A stretch of 64,000 nt of DNA from Candidatus Enterousia sp. (GTDB lineage Bacteria > Pseudomonadota > Alphaproteobacteria > Rs-D84), in the NCBI GenBank assembly GCA_045587125.1, contig JAZNBN010000020.1, forward strand, positions 1,796-65,795. Reading direction: 5' to 3'. The notes beneath the pieces are model-generated. The model saw only the letters and a list, made by a program, of their open reading frames with translations, was not told where the DNA came from and did not search any database. The translations under genes were made by a program, and so were the position numbers. Positions within the stretch are counted from its first letter, which is position 1. The number at the start of each line of letters is the position of its first letter. Positions 39,846-51,117 of this stretch are shown piece after piece.

Positions 39846-42800
39846 ATGCAACAGTTTATTCATCTTCGTACTCATTCACGATTTTCGGTTGGTGCCAGTA
39901 CATTGACTATTAAAAAAATTCCGGAATTATGTTTGGCTGCGAATATGCCTGCGTGTGCGTTGACGGATACTAATTTGATGTCGGGGTGTGCGGAATTTTC
40001 AGATGTGATGCCTAAAAATAAACTGCAACCCATAATTGGTATAGAAATATCTTTGAATCATCATAATGCAGATCCAAAGATTTTACGTTCAGAATCATTG
40101 TCTAAGATTGTGTTGTTGGCACAAAATCATTCAGGATATCTGCATTTATGTGATTTAAACCGTATAATGTATATGCGTACGGAAAATCATCATTTGGGAC
40201 CTTATATTTCGTTCAGTGAATTGGAACAACATTCAGACGGTTTAATTTGTTTGTCTGGGGCACATACAGGACCAATAGGTATGGCATTGTTAAACAATCA
40301 AGAAGAACAGGCGAATATATATGCTAAAAAATTCTTGGATATATTCGGGGACAGGTTTTATATAGAAATTCAGCGTCATGGTTTGGAAGAAGAGATAAAA
40401 ACAGAACCTGGTTTTTTAAAGATAGCACGTGATTTAAATATTCCAATTGTTGCAACAAATGATGCGTGTTTCGCAACAGATACAGATTACGAGGCCGCAG
40501 ATGCTTTGGGTTGTGTGTTGGGACAGACCAAAGTTATTGATCCTGAAAGAGCACGCAAATCATCAGAACAATATTTTAAATCTTATGAACAAATGTCGGA
40601 AATATTTTCTGACCTGCCCGAGGCGATAGAAAATACAGTTGTTATATCACAGCGTTGTGGATTTATGGTGAATGTACATGAAAAACCACTTTTGCCACGA
40701 TTTGGTGATGATTTAGAGACAGAATGTCAGATGTTGCGTGATAATACCATGAATGGGTTAAAACGCAGATTGGAACAACATGGTATCACAGACACAAAAC
40801 CGTATTATGAACAGGCGGAATTTGAACTGGGGGTCATTATTGGTATGGGATTCCCTGGGTATTTTCTGATTGTTGCAGATTATATTGATTGGTGTCGTAA
40901 AAATGATGTTTTAACAGGCCCAGGTCGTGGTTCGGGGGCGGGTTCAATCGTTGCGTGGGCATTGGGTATTACAAATGTAGATCCGTTAAAGTATGGGTTG
41001 TTGTTTGAACGTTTCTTGAACCCAGATCGTATTTCTATGCCGGATTTTGACGTGGATTTTGAACCAACCGGGATTGAAAGAGTATTGGCGTATATTTGTG
41101 ATAAATATGGTCATGATTCTGTGTGCAGAATTATTACATTTGGCAGTTTGCAGGCCCGTGGTGCAATTCGTGATATTGGACGTGTGTATGGGTTGCCCTA
41201 TTCTAAATCTGATAGATTATCTAAATTGATACCCCAAGATGCCAAAACATTGAAAGACGCAGTTGGTATGTCAACGGAAATTCAGGATATATTAAATAAC
41301 GACCAAGACTTAAACAAAGTTGTAACTGTTGCCGAAGAATTAGAAGGTTCTTTACGAAATCTGGGACAGCATGCGTGTGGTGTTGTTATTGGGGACAGAC
41401 CCACAACCAAGATTGCACCTGTGTATCGTGATCCGGCCAACCAATTGCCATCTTGTCAATATGATGGTCATTATTTGGAAAGTGCAGGATTGATTAAGTT
41501 TGACTTTCTGGGATTGGAAACGTTGGTTGTATTAAAGTACGCAACCAGATTGATACAACAAACACGCGGAATAAATATAGATTTGGATAAAATCCCAACC
41601 GATGATGAAAAGACAATGAAATTATGGCAGGCTGGATTGACCGAAGGTATATTCCAGTTTGATGCCCCGTTTGTTCAACAGACTTTGCGCAAGATGCACC
41701 CAACCAGTTTTTTGGAAATTTCTGCATTAAATGCTTTGAATCGACCTGGGCCTATTGCGTTTATCCCACAATTTATTGCACGTATGCATGGTGAAGAAGA
41801 AATTGAATATGTGCACCCCAAGGCAGAACCAATCCTAAAAGAAACATATGGTATTATTGTGTATCAGGAACAGGTTATGCAACTTACGCGTGCGTTGGCT
41901 GGGTTTACACGTGGGCAATCTGATAACGTGCGTAAAGCGATGGGTAAAAAAATCATCAAGATGTTGGATGAATTAGAAGGTAAATTTTACGAAGGTTGTG
42001 AACAAGAACAGACTTTGGATCGTGCGACTGCCAAAGATTTGTGGGAAAAATTTAAAGAATTTGCAAAATATGCGTTTAATAAATCACATGCGATTGCGTA
42101 TTCTATTGTTGCAAATCAATGTGCGTATTTAAAAGCCAACTATACTCCGGAATTTTTGGCTGCATCCATGTCCAGTAATTTGAATGATACAGACCAATTG
42201 GCGATATTCGTTGATGATGCCAAGACGAATTTTGGTATTCAGATTGTGGCGCCTGATATTAATCAAAGTGAATCTTTGTTCACTGTGCGTGATGGAAAAA
42301 TTGTTTACGGATTGGCGGCGTTAAAAGGTGTTGGTGCGGTTGCAACCGATGCGATTGTGGCAGAGCGTAATGCAAATGGTAAATTTAAAAATTTAACAGA
42401 TTTTGCAAAACGTTGTGCATCAATTATGAATAAAAGAATTTTAGAAGCGTTCGCAAAAACAGGCGTGTTGGATTCTTTGGAACCAAATCGTGCAAAAATT
42501 TATTTAAATGCAGATGCGATTTTGGCTTATGCGGCTAAGTCTCGTGACGGGGCCGGTATGTTGTCTTTGTTTGCAAATACAGTTGAAGATGATGTGGATG
42601 AAGACAGACTTCAAAAGAATTTACCAGATACAACGCCATGGACTTTTTCACAAAAATTAGAAAACGAATTGTCTGCTTTGGGGCTTTATATTTCGGCCCA
42701 TCCATTGGATCAGTATAAACATTTGATAAAAAAGCACAAATTAATAACAAGTGCTACGTTAGCAAGTGTGGGTGACCGTAAACCGGTACAGGTTGCCGTG

Positions 42801-43253
42801 AATGTGAACTCTTTTGGACGCCGTAGAACCAAGACGGGCAAGGAAATGTTGACTGTAAATGCATCAGATAGTTATGGAAATATTGATGCGGTCGCCTTTG
42901 GTGATGCTGCGATTGAATTTTCGCAGATTTTGGCAAATGAAACAGTGGTTTTAATATCGGGTAAGTCGTCAAATCGTGATGACAGGGTGTCGATTTTTAT
43001 TGATTCTATTACACCGTTGACCCAATGGGTGGCAAAAATTGCCAAGAAATTAACATTGGATATCCGGGATAAGTCTGTTTTGCAGGATGTAAAAAAGGCT
43101 TTGGTGTCATTGCCACCTGGATATACAACTGTTGAATTGGTGTTACATGGTGCTGAAAAGGTCGCAACGATTGCATTACCTGGGGGTGTTGAATTGGGGG
43201 CGACAACTGTGGCTGATTTGACGGCTTTGGGACTGCGTGCAGAGGTGGAATAA
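39846..43253 (+). CDS. dnaE: DNA polymerase III alpha subunit
   Basis: PHP domain, GPGRGSGAGS, FERFLNPDRISMPDFDVDF, KFDFLGL, YAFNKSH. Confidence 0.98.
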   Translation: MQQFIHLRTHSRFSVGASTLTIKKIPELCLAANMPACALTDTNLMSGCAEFSDVMPKNKLQPIIGIEISLNHHNADPKILRSESLSKIVLLAQNHSGYLHLCDLNRIMYMRTENHHLGPYISFSELEQHSDGLICLSGAHTGPIGMALLNNQEEQANIYAKKFLDIFGDRFYIEIQRHGLEEEIKTEPGFLKIARDLNIPIVATNDACFATDTDYEAADALGCVLGQTKVIDPERARKSSEQYFKSYEQMSEIFSDLPEAIENTVVISQRCGFMVNVHEKPLLPRFGDDLETECQMLRDNTMNGLKRRLEQHGITDTKPYYEQAEFELGVIIGMGFPGYFLIVADYIDWCRKNDVLTGPGRGSGAGSIVAWALGITNVDPLKYGLLFERFLNPDRISMPDFDVDFEPTGIERVLAYICDKYGHDSVCRIITFGSLQARGAIRDIGRVYGLPYSKSDRLSKLIPQDAKTLKDAVGMSTEIQDILNNDQDLNKVVTVAEELEGSLRNLGQHACGVVIGDRPTTKIAPVYRDPANQLPSCQYDGHYLESAGLIKFDFLGLETLVVLKYATRLIQQTRGINIDLDKIPTDDEKTMKLWQAGLTEGIFQFDAPFVQQTLRKMHPTSFLEISALNALNRPGPIAFIPQFIARMHGEEEIEYVHPKAEPILKETYGIIVYQEQVMQLTRALAGFTRGQSDNVRKAMGKKIIKMLDELEGKFYEGCEQEQTLDRATAKDLWEKFKEFAKYAFNKSHAIAYSIVANQCAYLKANYTPEFLAASMSSNLNDTDQLAIFVDDAKTNFGIQIVAPDINQSESLFTVRDGKIVYGLAALKGVGAVATDAIVAERNANGKFKNLTDFAKRCASIMNKRILEAFAKTGVLDSLEPNRAKIYLNADAILAYAAKSRDGAGMLSLFANTVEDDVDEDRLQKNLPDTTPWTFSQKLENELSALGLYISAHPLDQYKHLIKKHKLITSATLASVGDRKPVQVAVNVNSFGRRRTKTGKEMLTVNASDSYGNIDAVAFGDAAIEFSQILANETVVLISGKSSNRDDRVSIFIDSITPLTQWVAKIAKKLTLDIRDKSVLQDVKKALVSLPPGYTTVELVLHGAEKVATIALPGGVELGATTVADLTALGLRAEVE

Positions 43254-43254
43254 C

Positions 43255-44100
43255 ATGAAACATATACCTGTATTATTAGACAGTGTTTTGAATGCCTTAG
43301 ATGACATTTGTAATAAAACGGTTATAGATTGTACATTTGGTGCAGGTGGGTATTCGCGTGCCTTTTTAGAACGTGGTGCGAATGTTATTGCCTTTGACAG
43401 GGATCCCAGTGTCGCAGATGATGCGAACAAGTTAAAACAACAATATGGTGAAAAATTTAAGTTTATTCAAAGTGCTTTTTCAGAAATATCACAAATTGAT
43501 ACAACTGTTGATGCGGTTGTTTTTGATCTTGGGATTTCTTCTATGCAGATTGATATCCCAGAACGTGGTTTTTCATTCCGTTTTGATGCACCACTGGATA
43601 TGCGTATGGCCAGCGATGGTATGACGGCGGCGGAATATATTGCCCAGGTGGATGCGGGTGAATTAACCCGTGTGTTACGTGAATATGGTGATATGAAAAA
43701 TGCGGGTGGAATTGTACGTGCGATAAAGGCCGCCCTGCCCAAGACTACGTTTCAATTACGTGATTTGATACATAATCCGCATGATTACGCACCTGTATTT
43801 CAGGCGTTACGTATTGCGGTTAATGATGAAATGGGACAATTGGAACGTGCTTTGGCGGCGGTGCCTGGGTTGTTAAAGGTTGGTGGAATGTGTTTGTGTG
43901 TAACGTTTCATTCTTTGGAAGACCGGATTGTTAAGAATACTTTTCGTGATTGGACAACTGTGCCAGGGGATCCGCGTATACCAATTGTTGCAGATGCCCC
44001 GTTCAAGTTGGTGCGTGTCGCACAACCGTCTGCGGAAGAAATTGCTGAAAATCCCCGTGCTCGGTCGGCACATATGCGTGGTGTTATAAAATCATATTGA
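43255..44100 (+). CDS. rsmH: 16S rRNA m4C1402 methyltransferase
   Basis: HIPVLL, DCTFGAGGYS, DLGISSMQID..RGFSF, FHSLEDRIVK, NPRARSA. Confidence 0.95.
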   Translation: MKHIPVLLDSVLNALDDICNKTVIDCTFGAGGYSRAFLERGANVIAFDRDPSVADDANKLKQQYGEKFKFIQSAFSEISQIDTTVDAVVFDLGISSMQIDIPERGFSFRFDAPLDMRMASDGMTAAEYIAQVDAGELTRVLREYGDMKNAGGIVRAIKAALPKTTFQLRDLIHNPHDYAPVFQALRIAVNDEMGQLERALAAVPGLLKVGGMCLCVTFHSLEDRIVKNTFRDWTTVPGDPRIPIVADAPFKLVRVAQPSAEEIAENPRARSAHMRGVIKSY

Positions 44101-44144
44101 CCGAATGTATGCGATTTTTGTAGTGTTTAACCAAAGGAAAGGCT

Positions 44145-44585
44145 GTGTTTATGTTTTTTAAAAGAAAAAATAAGTTAAAACATGCGGTTATAGATGCAGA
44201 TAATGCGAAAAAAGTCAATCCATTGGATTTGTCGGCAGACCAAGATTTGACAATTGCTATTATGAATTTAATTAAATTAGAAAAATTATTAGATGGTGTT
44301 GATACGTCTGGCGGGTACGATATGTGTGGTGCAATTCGTGATATGCGGCATCGTTTGATGGGGCGTGTTGTATCCGATACAGACGGTGATTTATGGAATA
44401 TGTCGTTGTATTTACTGGGGTTGGCAACTGATTTTATGGAACGCGGATTTATGACAACTGGTGCGTCGGCGTACGAAATGTTTGATAAATCGTACGAGGT
44501 TTATTCTTTGTTTTGGGGACTGAATATGGGGCTGATAACGGTTTCAGATGTGGCCCAGGATATTGAAAAACAAAAAAACATATAA
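44145..44585 (+). CDS. Hypothetical helical protein
   Basis: 146-aa ORF with strong SD (aaggaaagg); DLSADQDLTIAIMNLI..YSLFWGLNM. Confidence 0.65.
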   Translation: MFMFFKRKNKLKHAVIDADNAKKVNPLDLSADQDLTIAIMNLIKLEKLLDGVDTSGGYDMCGAIRDMRHRLMGRVVSDTDGDLWNMSLYLLGLATDFMERGFMTTGASAYEMFDKSYEVYSLFWGLNMGLITVSDVAQDIEKQKNI

Positions 44586-44652
44586 CGTGTAAAATTTGCT
44601 ATTGCGTTGCATGGGTAAAAAATGATAAAATGCAAAAAAGAGAGAAAGAAAA

Positions 44653-47091
44653 GTGAAAGGTCTTTTTAAACATTTTGGCAAGGTTTCTGCGATACTGACA
44701 ATGTGTGTTGGTGTTGGCAATTTGTATGCGGCCCAGGCACCAAATCCGCGTGGTGCATCGCATTCTGATGTTCGTTCCGATGTACGCAGTGGTGTACGTG
44801 GTGATGGTAGTTCTGCAAATGTTGTTTCCCGTGGTGCAACGAATCGTAGTGTGGTAAGTAATGGGCGTGGTACGGCGGCACGTACGGCGGTGGCCCCTGC
44901 CCGTGCTACGACGGCGCGCACTGCCACAAATACCAAGGTTGTTGCAATTCCGAAACGCACAAATGCGACCAATGTTCGCAGTGCTGTTCCTGCGACGACT
45001 GCACGCAGTGCGGTTGCGGGGGTAAAAACTGGACGTAATTCTGGAAATATCAAAATAACCAAGGCTGGGTTGGGACGTGCGGCACGTGCAACGGCTGTGT
45101 TTTCTGATATTTCAAAAATTGGTGGTGGTTATGGTCAATGTCGTGATTCGTATGCTACATGTATGGACCAGTTTTGTGCAAACGCAAATGATACATACCG
45201 TCGTTGTTTTTGTAGTGGGCGTTTTACAGAATTTCGTGACACAGAATTGGCGTTGGGCGAAGCCAAGGTTTTATTACAGAAATTTGAAGATAATAATTTA
45301 AATGCAGTTGATAAAACTGCGGCTGAGGTTAATGCAATGTACACCGCCACGATTGGCGAGGCTGCAATTAAAAATGACGTCAGTGGTGCCCAGTCTATAT
45401 TAAATGAAATTGGTGATTTGTTGTCTGGTAAAAAGAAGGCGGGGCAGCAACAGGAAAGCCAAACAATGGATTTAGGGTCTTTGGATTTTACTGTTAATAT
45501 TGATGATATTTGGGGGAGTTCTAATTCCATGTTTGATTCTGGTGGGCGTAGCGGTCCAAATATGGCAGAATTAGAAGGTAAATCATTATATAACGAAGCC
45601 AGCAAGCAATGCTTGGAATTGACATCGGATGCATGTACCAGTAGTGCTGTGTTAAACATGGCGACCAGTGCATATGACATTATGATTACCCAGGATTGTA
45701 ATTTGTACGAAAAAAAGATTGATTCCCAACGTGAAGCGGTTATGAAAACAGTGCGCGAGGCTGAAAAGATTCTGCGTGAAGCACGTCTGGAAGAATATCG
45801 TTCCCATAATTCTGCGGACGTAAACGAATGTATTACAAAGGTAAAAGCTGCTATATTACAGGATACAGCCTGTGGTGAAGATTATAAACGTTGTTTAGAT
45901 TATTCTGGTGTATATGTTAATCAGACAACGGGCGAACCAATTTATTCACCACGTTTGTTTGAAATGAATAAATTAATAGAACTGGAAGGTGCAACAGGTA
46001 ACCTGGATGTTTTGGGACAAAACAAAGCGTTTAATGATTTCTTGGATTCTAAGCGTGTGTTTGCAGAGACAGCATTAGATTCATGCCGTGGTATTGCGGA
46101 TACAGCATGGACAGAATTTAAGCGTACTGCCCTGATTGAAATTGCCCAGGCCCAAGATGAAAAAATAGAAGAAGTCAAAAATTCATGCGTTGAAACAATG
46201 GCAGAATGTTATGATGCACAGTCTGGTGCATTGAAATCATTTGATAATACTAAATCACAATACACGGGTGCGTTATCCGTTGCAGCGGCTAAGAATATGT
46301 GCCAGGACAAAGTGACGGCATGTGCGGCATTGTATGGAAATAATACAGCTTGTAAGATTGATGGTAATGGCAAGATTACAAATCCAAAGGAATGTGGGGT
46401 TGGAGAATTGTTGACCTTTGTGGATACTGTTGATACGATTAAAATGAATGAAGGCTGTGCTGAGGCATTAACAAACTATGTAACCAAAGATTTGTGTGTC
46501 CCATTGGCTAGCGAGGCAAATCGTGCATATCCGTGGGGATGTCGCAATTTAAGTCAGGAAGATTTGCGGTCGTCTATTATGGCACGTGCCAAAGAATATT
46601 GTGTGAATGTGCCAGATACTGGTTGTGAAGAGGAGATTAATTCCACAACATTTGATTCAAGTTCTTCGGATTGCGTAACAGTTAATAATTTGATTGAAAA
46701 TGTTAAATCTGAAATGTCATATATGTTTAGTGATGAATGTACAAATTTGGGCGGTATTTGGATTGATAATGAAGATGGCGCTTTCGGCGCAGCTGGAAAT
46801 TATGTGTCGACGGTTAATATTGGCGGTACGGGGCTGACAGAGTTTTATCTGGCGATGAATGCGGGTACGATGCAAGAAAGTGAGAAGTCGATTGGTATAT
46901 ACGGAAATTGTTATCAAAATTCAGTGAAAACACAGTGTGAATTATATGGAACAGATTCGGGTGCAACATATAATGAAACAACCGGACAATGTGATTTTGA
47001 TGATACGTGGTATGAAGCGCAATGTGCATTATTGGGTGGGTATTTTGAAGGGAATACATGTTATTATGATAAGGAATCACAACAAAAATAG
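44653..47091 (+). CDS. Large secreted Cys-rich protein (paralog of 10529..12973)
   Basis: Signal peptide, R/A/T-rich linker, CMDQFC..YRRCFC, QDCN, CG..Y.RCLD. Confidence 0.8.
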   Translation: MKGLFKHFGKVSAILTMCVGVGNLYAAQAPNPRGASHSDVRSDVRSGVRGDGSSANVVSRGATNRSVVSNGRGTAARTAVAPARATTARTATNTKVVAIPKRTNATNVRSAVPATTARSAVAGVKTGRNSGNIKITKAGLGRAARATAVFSDISKIGGGYGQCRDSYATCMDQFCANANDTYRRCFCSGRFTEFRDTELALGEAKVLLQKFEDNNLNAVDKTAAEVNAMYTATIGEAAIKNDVSGAQSILNEIGDLLSGKKKAGQQQESQTMDLGSLDFTVNIDDIWGSSNSMFDSGGRSGPNMAELEGKSLYNEASKQCLELTSDACTSSAVLNMATSAYDIMITQDCNLYEKKIDSQREAVMKTVREAEKILREARLEEYRSHNSADVNECITKVKAAILQDTACGEDYKRCLDYSGVYVNQTTGEPIYSPRLFEMNKLIELEGATGNLDVLGQNKAFNDFLDSKRVFAETALDSCRGIADTAWTEFKRTALIEIAQAQDEKIEEVKNSCVETMAECYDAQSGALKSFDNTKSQYTGALSVAAAKNMCQDKVTACAALYGNNTACKIDGNGKITNPKECGVGELLTFVDTVDTIKMNEGCAEALTNYVTKDLCVPLASEANRAYPWGCRNLSQEDLRSSIMARAKEYCVNVPDTGCEEEINSTTFDSSSSDCVTVNNLIENVKSEMSYMFSDECTNLGGIWIDNEDGAFGAAGNYVSTVNIGGTGLTEFYLAMNAGTMQESEKSIGIYGNCYQNSVKTQCELYGTDSGATYNETTGQCDFDDTWYEAQCALLGGYFEGNTCYYDKESQQK

Positions 47092-47119
47092 AGAAAGCTC
47101 TTCTGAAAGGTGGACAGAT

Positions 47120-48541
47120 ATGAAAAGAATGATGTTGTTTTTGATGATGTTTGTGTATATAACGCCATTGTTTGCACAAAGTAAGGGTGATGGTGCGTTG
47201 TATTACAATGATTGGGTTGTTAGTGACTCTATTCCTGATGATGCGTGTGATGTAAAGTCAAAAGATATGGGGTTGACAAAGCTCGCCGTTGAATGTAATG
47301 CAACTAGAATGACGGTGGCTACTGTTGTAAATGATAATTATATAGGTTATAAGGGGCAAGAGTATGTTGCACGTGAAATTAATCGATATGGTGCCAAGTT
47401 TTGCAAAACGGTTATAGGTGGTTATCGTAAAAATTGTCATTTTATGTCATATACCAGATATTTTGAGCCAGAGGTTCAGGATTGTTTTTGGTTGTGTAAG
47501 GAAGGGTATTATGGTGAATCATGCATGTCAACCGCATTGACCAGTGTGACCCCCCAGATACCGATGGAGCAATTTTTAATTAAAAAGCCGAAAGACGGTG
47601 TTGGTGCGTTGGCACCTTTTGGTACATCTGGGGATAATATAGAGGAACAAATCCCTATGTTTAGAGCGAATGAAGGGATAGATTGTTGGGATTGGAAAAA
47701 TCGTGCAGGTAGTTCATGTGACTATACAGATCATTTTGAAGATCTATATTCCGATGATCCAGAAGAACACGATATGATTTTGGCTGTGCAAAGTATAGGA
47801 AGTACGGATTCAAAATTCCAAATAAAGGTTCAACCATTGCTTTTACGTGCAGGCGCATCACAATATTGCTCTGGCAATGAAGCGGCATGGAATGCATGGC
47901 CGATGATGAAATTTGTAGGAAAACCAATATCTGTTTGCCCGTCTGATTATAAACAGGAAAAAAACAGTGATGGTACCATTAATTGTATAGATCCAGAAGC
48001 GCTGTCAAGACAAGAAAAGGCAAGTGTAGAAGCCTTAAAGGCTGATAAGCTGTCGCATTTATGTTCGTCTGATGGTTATCAATCTTCGTTATTCAAGGAT
48101 GAAATACATAATTTGGTGGTTGTTGATAAAGATACCAAGCAAATCAAGAAAGAGGGAGAGCAGCCAACGTTAGATGACGTTTATGATTGGTATGATAAGA
48201 ATGCGTGTGCTATATACAAGTGTAAATCGGAAGGTTTGGCATTTAAATCGGATTGGAAAACATCTGGCGATATGGGGTGTTATGATTGTACGGGGGGTAC
48301 TGGACGTTTTGGTATAGATAAACTGGGGGTGTGTATAAAATGTGATGATGGTCAGATTTTCATTGATGGCGAGTGTAAAGTAGCCAGCACGTTGTCAAAA
48401 ACTGATATGTTATATGGGATGGGTAAAACTTCTTCGACTAGCTTAGCTGATATGTGTTGGACCGAGACTAACCCTACATTATATAAATGTTGTGTTTCGA
48501 ATAACCAGATACCTGGTGCTGCTGCGTGTAACAACAAATAA
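47120..48541 (+). CDS. Secreted Cys-rich protein
   Basis: Signal peptide MKRMMLFLMMFVYITPLFA, CFWLCKEGYYG EGF-like motif, many Cys. Confidence 0.75.
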   Translation: MKRMMLFLMMFVYITPLFAQSKGDGALYYNDWVVSDSIPDDACDVKSKDMGLTKLAVECNATRMTVATVVNDNYIGYKGQEYVAREINRYGAKFCKTVIGGYRKNCHFMSYTRYFEPEVQDCFWLCKEGYYGESCMSTALTSVTPQIPMEQFLIKKPKDGVGALAPFGTSGDNIEEQIPMFRANEGIDCWDWKNRAGSSCDYTDHFEDLYSDDPEEHDMILAVQSIGSTDSKFQIKVQPLLLRAGASQYCSGNEAAWNAWPMMKFVGKPISVCPSDYKQEKNSDGTINCIDPEALSRQEKASVEALKADKLSHLCSSDGYQSSLFKDEIHNLVVVDKDTKQIKKEGEQPTLDDVYDWYDKNACAIYKCKSEGLAFKSDWKTSGDMGCYDCTGGTGRFGIDKLGVCIKCDDGQIFIDGECKVASTLSKTDMLYGMGKTSSTSLADMCWTETNPTLYKCCVSNNQIPGAAACNNK

Positions 48542-48603
48542 ATAAAAAAATCCCCGAAATGGGGATTTTTTATAGCAAAACAAAAAAGTTTATTGATAAT
48601 TTA

Positions 48604-49023
48604 TTAGTCTTGACCGTTTAATGCCTTTAACATTTTCATAACCGCTTCGCGTTGGCTGTCAGTGGCCAATTTCCAATACAGGTTCACCAATTGTAATGAT
48701 TCGTTCTTGGATAACGGATCGTCTGGTTTTTGGTCACCAACGTTAACCTTGGGTAGACGGCCATTACGCGGTTCGCGTTCAATATGCCCGGGCAATCCAG
48801 AAAAGAAAAATGATACAGGGGTTTGTAAGGCCGCACTTAATTCAAATAAACGTGATGCAGATATGCGGTTGCCTGCACATTCGTATTTTTGAATCTGTTG
48901 AAATGTTACACCGCATATTTGTGCCAAATCTTTCTGAGACATGCCCAACATTACACGGCGCAGTTGCATGCGACGACCAATGTGTTCATCAATGTGTGAT
49001 GGTGTGTATGGTTTTCCACTCAT
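48604..49023 (-). CDS. XRE-family HTH transcriptional regulator
   Basis: IDEHIGRRMQLRR..GVTFQQIQKYE..NRISASRL, typical of alphaproteobacterial XRE proteins. Confidence 0.9.
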   Translation of the reverse strand: MSGKPYTPSHIDEHIGRRMQLRRVMLGMSQKDLAQICGVTFQQIQKYECAGNRISASRLFELSAALQTPVSFFFSGLPGHIEREPRNGRLPKVNVGDQKPDDPLSKNESLQLVNLYWKLATDSQREAVMKMLKALNGQD

Positions 49024-49157
49024 TTTGTCAGCCCCCCTTGGGTTTAAAATAAGATATTGTTCATATTTTTATGTATAATTTATACAATTTTTCTTTTGTT
49101 TTTGCAATCAAAAAACACTTGTGATACTATGTGTCCGTAAAGTAAAGGATTGTTGTT

Positions 49158-50630
49158 ATGATTAAACCAATTGTGTTGTGTATTATGGACGGAGTCGGTA
49201 TCCGCAAAAATCAACAAAATAATGCTGTGGCAATGGCAAATATGCCCTTTTTTGATGAATTATTGAAAACGTGCCCGCATTCGGAACTGGACGCCAGCGG
49301 TGTGGCGGTTGGGTTACCAGATGGTACAATGGGAAATTCCGAGGTTGGACATATTACAATCGGTGCAGGACGCGTCGTAAATCAATTTTTGCGTAGATTT
49401 CAAATCGAAGATTGGACACAAAATAAAAAATTAAATGATTTTATCGCAGGTGTGAAAAAATCAGGCGGAATTGTACATGTTGCAGGTCTGATGTCTGATG
49501 GACGTGTGCATTCTGATGTTAATGACATATTGGTTATAGCAAAATATGTGATGAATGCAGGATTGCGTGTTTGTATTCACTTTATCGCAGATGGCCGTGA
49601 TACACCACCAAAATCAGCCGGACAATATATTGAATTAATTCAAGAAAAATTGTCTGAATATTTCGCAGATGGACGTGCGTTTTGGGGAACTTTGTCGGGG
49701 CGGTACTATGCAATGGACCGTAACCAAAATATGGACCGTACACAATTGGCAATTGATGCAATCGCAAATGCAAAATCACAATATCATGCCGCGTCTGTCA
49801 CAGATGCACTGAATATGGCATACGAACGTGGCGAAACCGATGAATTTATTATGCCAACTGTTATTGACGGCGATGTGCCAATCACAGATAAAGATGGATT
49901 CTTGTTCGGAAATTACCGCAGTGACCGTGCCAGACAAATTATGCGTGAAATACTGAAAACACACGCACGTGTGCTGTGTTTTTCACAATATGGCGAGGGT
50001 TTGAATGAATTGTGCCCTGCACTGTTGGATGACGAAGTTATTGAAAATACGTTGGGTGATGTTTTGGCAGAAAAAGGCATATCACAGTTGCGTATCGCAG
50101 AAACAGAAAAATATAATCATGTAACGTATTTCTTTGATGCAGAAAGAAATATAGACTTTAAGGCGGAAAAAAAGATTTTGGTGCCGTCACCAGATGTGCC
50201 GACATTTGATATGAAACCAGAAATGTCCGCAATAGAAGTAACAGATGAATTGTTAAAGGTTTTGCCTGAATATGACGTTGTAATACTGAATTGGGCAAAT
50301 GGTGATATGGTCGGACATACCGGAAATATGAATGCAGCGGTCCAGGCTATGCAGGTATTAGACGAACAATTAAAACGGGTTGTTACGGCTGTGCGTGCAT
50401 TGGGTGGCGTGGTTTTAATCACCGCAGATCATGGAAATGCAGAACAAATGTGGGACGAAAAAAATAATGCACCATGGACTGCACATACGACAAATCCTGT
50501 GAATTTGATTGTTGTGGGCGGTGATGTTACGCATGTGGCAAATGGTGGGCTGTCTGATATTGCACCGACAATGTTGAAATTGTTGGGAATTACGCAGCCA
50601 AAAGAAATGACAGGACACAGTTTGATATAA
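49158..50630 (+). CDS. gpmI: 2,3-bisphosphoglycerate-independent phosphoglycerate mutase
   Basis: MGNSEVGH, DGRDTPP, GRYYAMDR, AETEKY.HVT, DMVGHTG, TADHGNAE. Confidence 0.97.
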   Translation: MIKPIVLCIMDGVGIRKNQQNNAVAMANMPFFDELLKTCPHSELDASGVAVGLPDGTMGNSEVGHITIGAGRVVNQFLRRFQIEDWTQNKKLNDFIAGVKKSGGIVHVAGLMSDGRVHSDVNDILVIAKYVMNAGLRVCIHFIADGRDTPPKSAGQYIELIQEKLSEYFADGRAFWGTLSGRYYAMDRNQNMDRTQLAIDAIANAKSQYHAASVTDALNMAYERGETDEFIMPTVIDGDVPITDKDGFLFGNYRSDRARQIMREILKTHARVLCFSQYGEGLNELCPALLDDEVIENTLGDVLAEKGISQLRIAETEKYNHVTYFFDAERNIDFKAEKKILVPSPDVPTFDMKPEMSAIEVTDELLKVLPEYDVVILNWANGDMVGHTGNMNAAVQAMQVLDEQLKRVVTAVRALGGVVLITADHGNAEQMWDEKNNAPWTAHTTNPVNLIVVGGDVTHVANGGLSDIAPTMLKLLGITQPKEMTGHSLI

Positions 50631-50653
50631 AAAAATCGGCGTTTTGCCGATTT

Positions 50654-51100
50654 TTATTTCTTTCTGCGGATTTTGAAAAAATCACGTAATAATTGTGCGG
50701 ATTCGTCCGCAAATTCTGGTAATTGATGGACGGTTGGTTTCCATAAATGTGAATCATTATCATAAATTTTCGCATTTGATGTAATGCCCCCGCCCTTTTC
50801 ATCCGAGGCCGCAAAATATATGTTTTTTATGCGGGCAAAAGATATGGCTGTTGCACACATTGCACATGGTTCCAGTGTTACGTATATATCACAGTTGTCC
50901 AAGAATTTTTGCCCCAGTTTTTTACATGCACGGTTTATTGCCACGATTTCTGCGTGTAATGTTGGGTTTTTCTTTAATTGAACCTGATTTTCACCACGGG
51001 CAATGATTTTTCCATCATGAACAATAACTGCACCGATTGGTACATCGTCATGTGCAAATGCACGGCGGGCAGAAACAAAGGCTTGCGTCATAAATTTCAT
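50654..51100 (-). CDS. tadA: tRNA adenosine(34) deaminase
   Basis: VPIGAVIV, HAEI, TLEPCAMC. Confidence 0.88.
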   Translation of the reverse strand: MKFMTQAFVSARRAFAHDDVPIGAVIVHDGKIIARGENQVQLKKNPTLHAEIVAINRACKKLGQKFLDNCDIYVTLEPCAMCATAISFARIKNIYFAASDEKGGGITSNAKIYDNDSHLWKPTVHQLPEFADESAQLLRDFFKIRRKK

Positions 51101-51117
51101 GGTGTATAGTGTAATAC

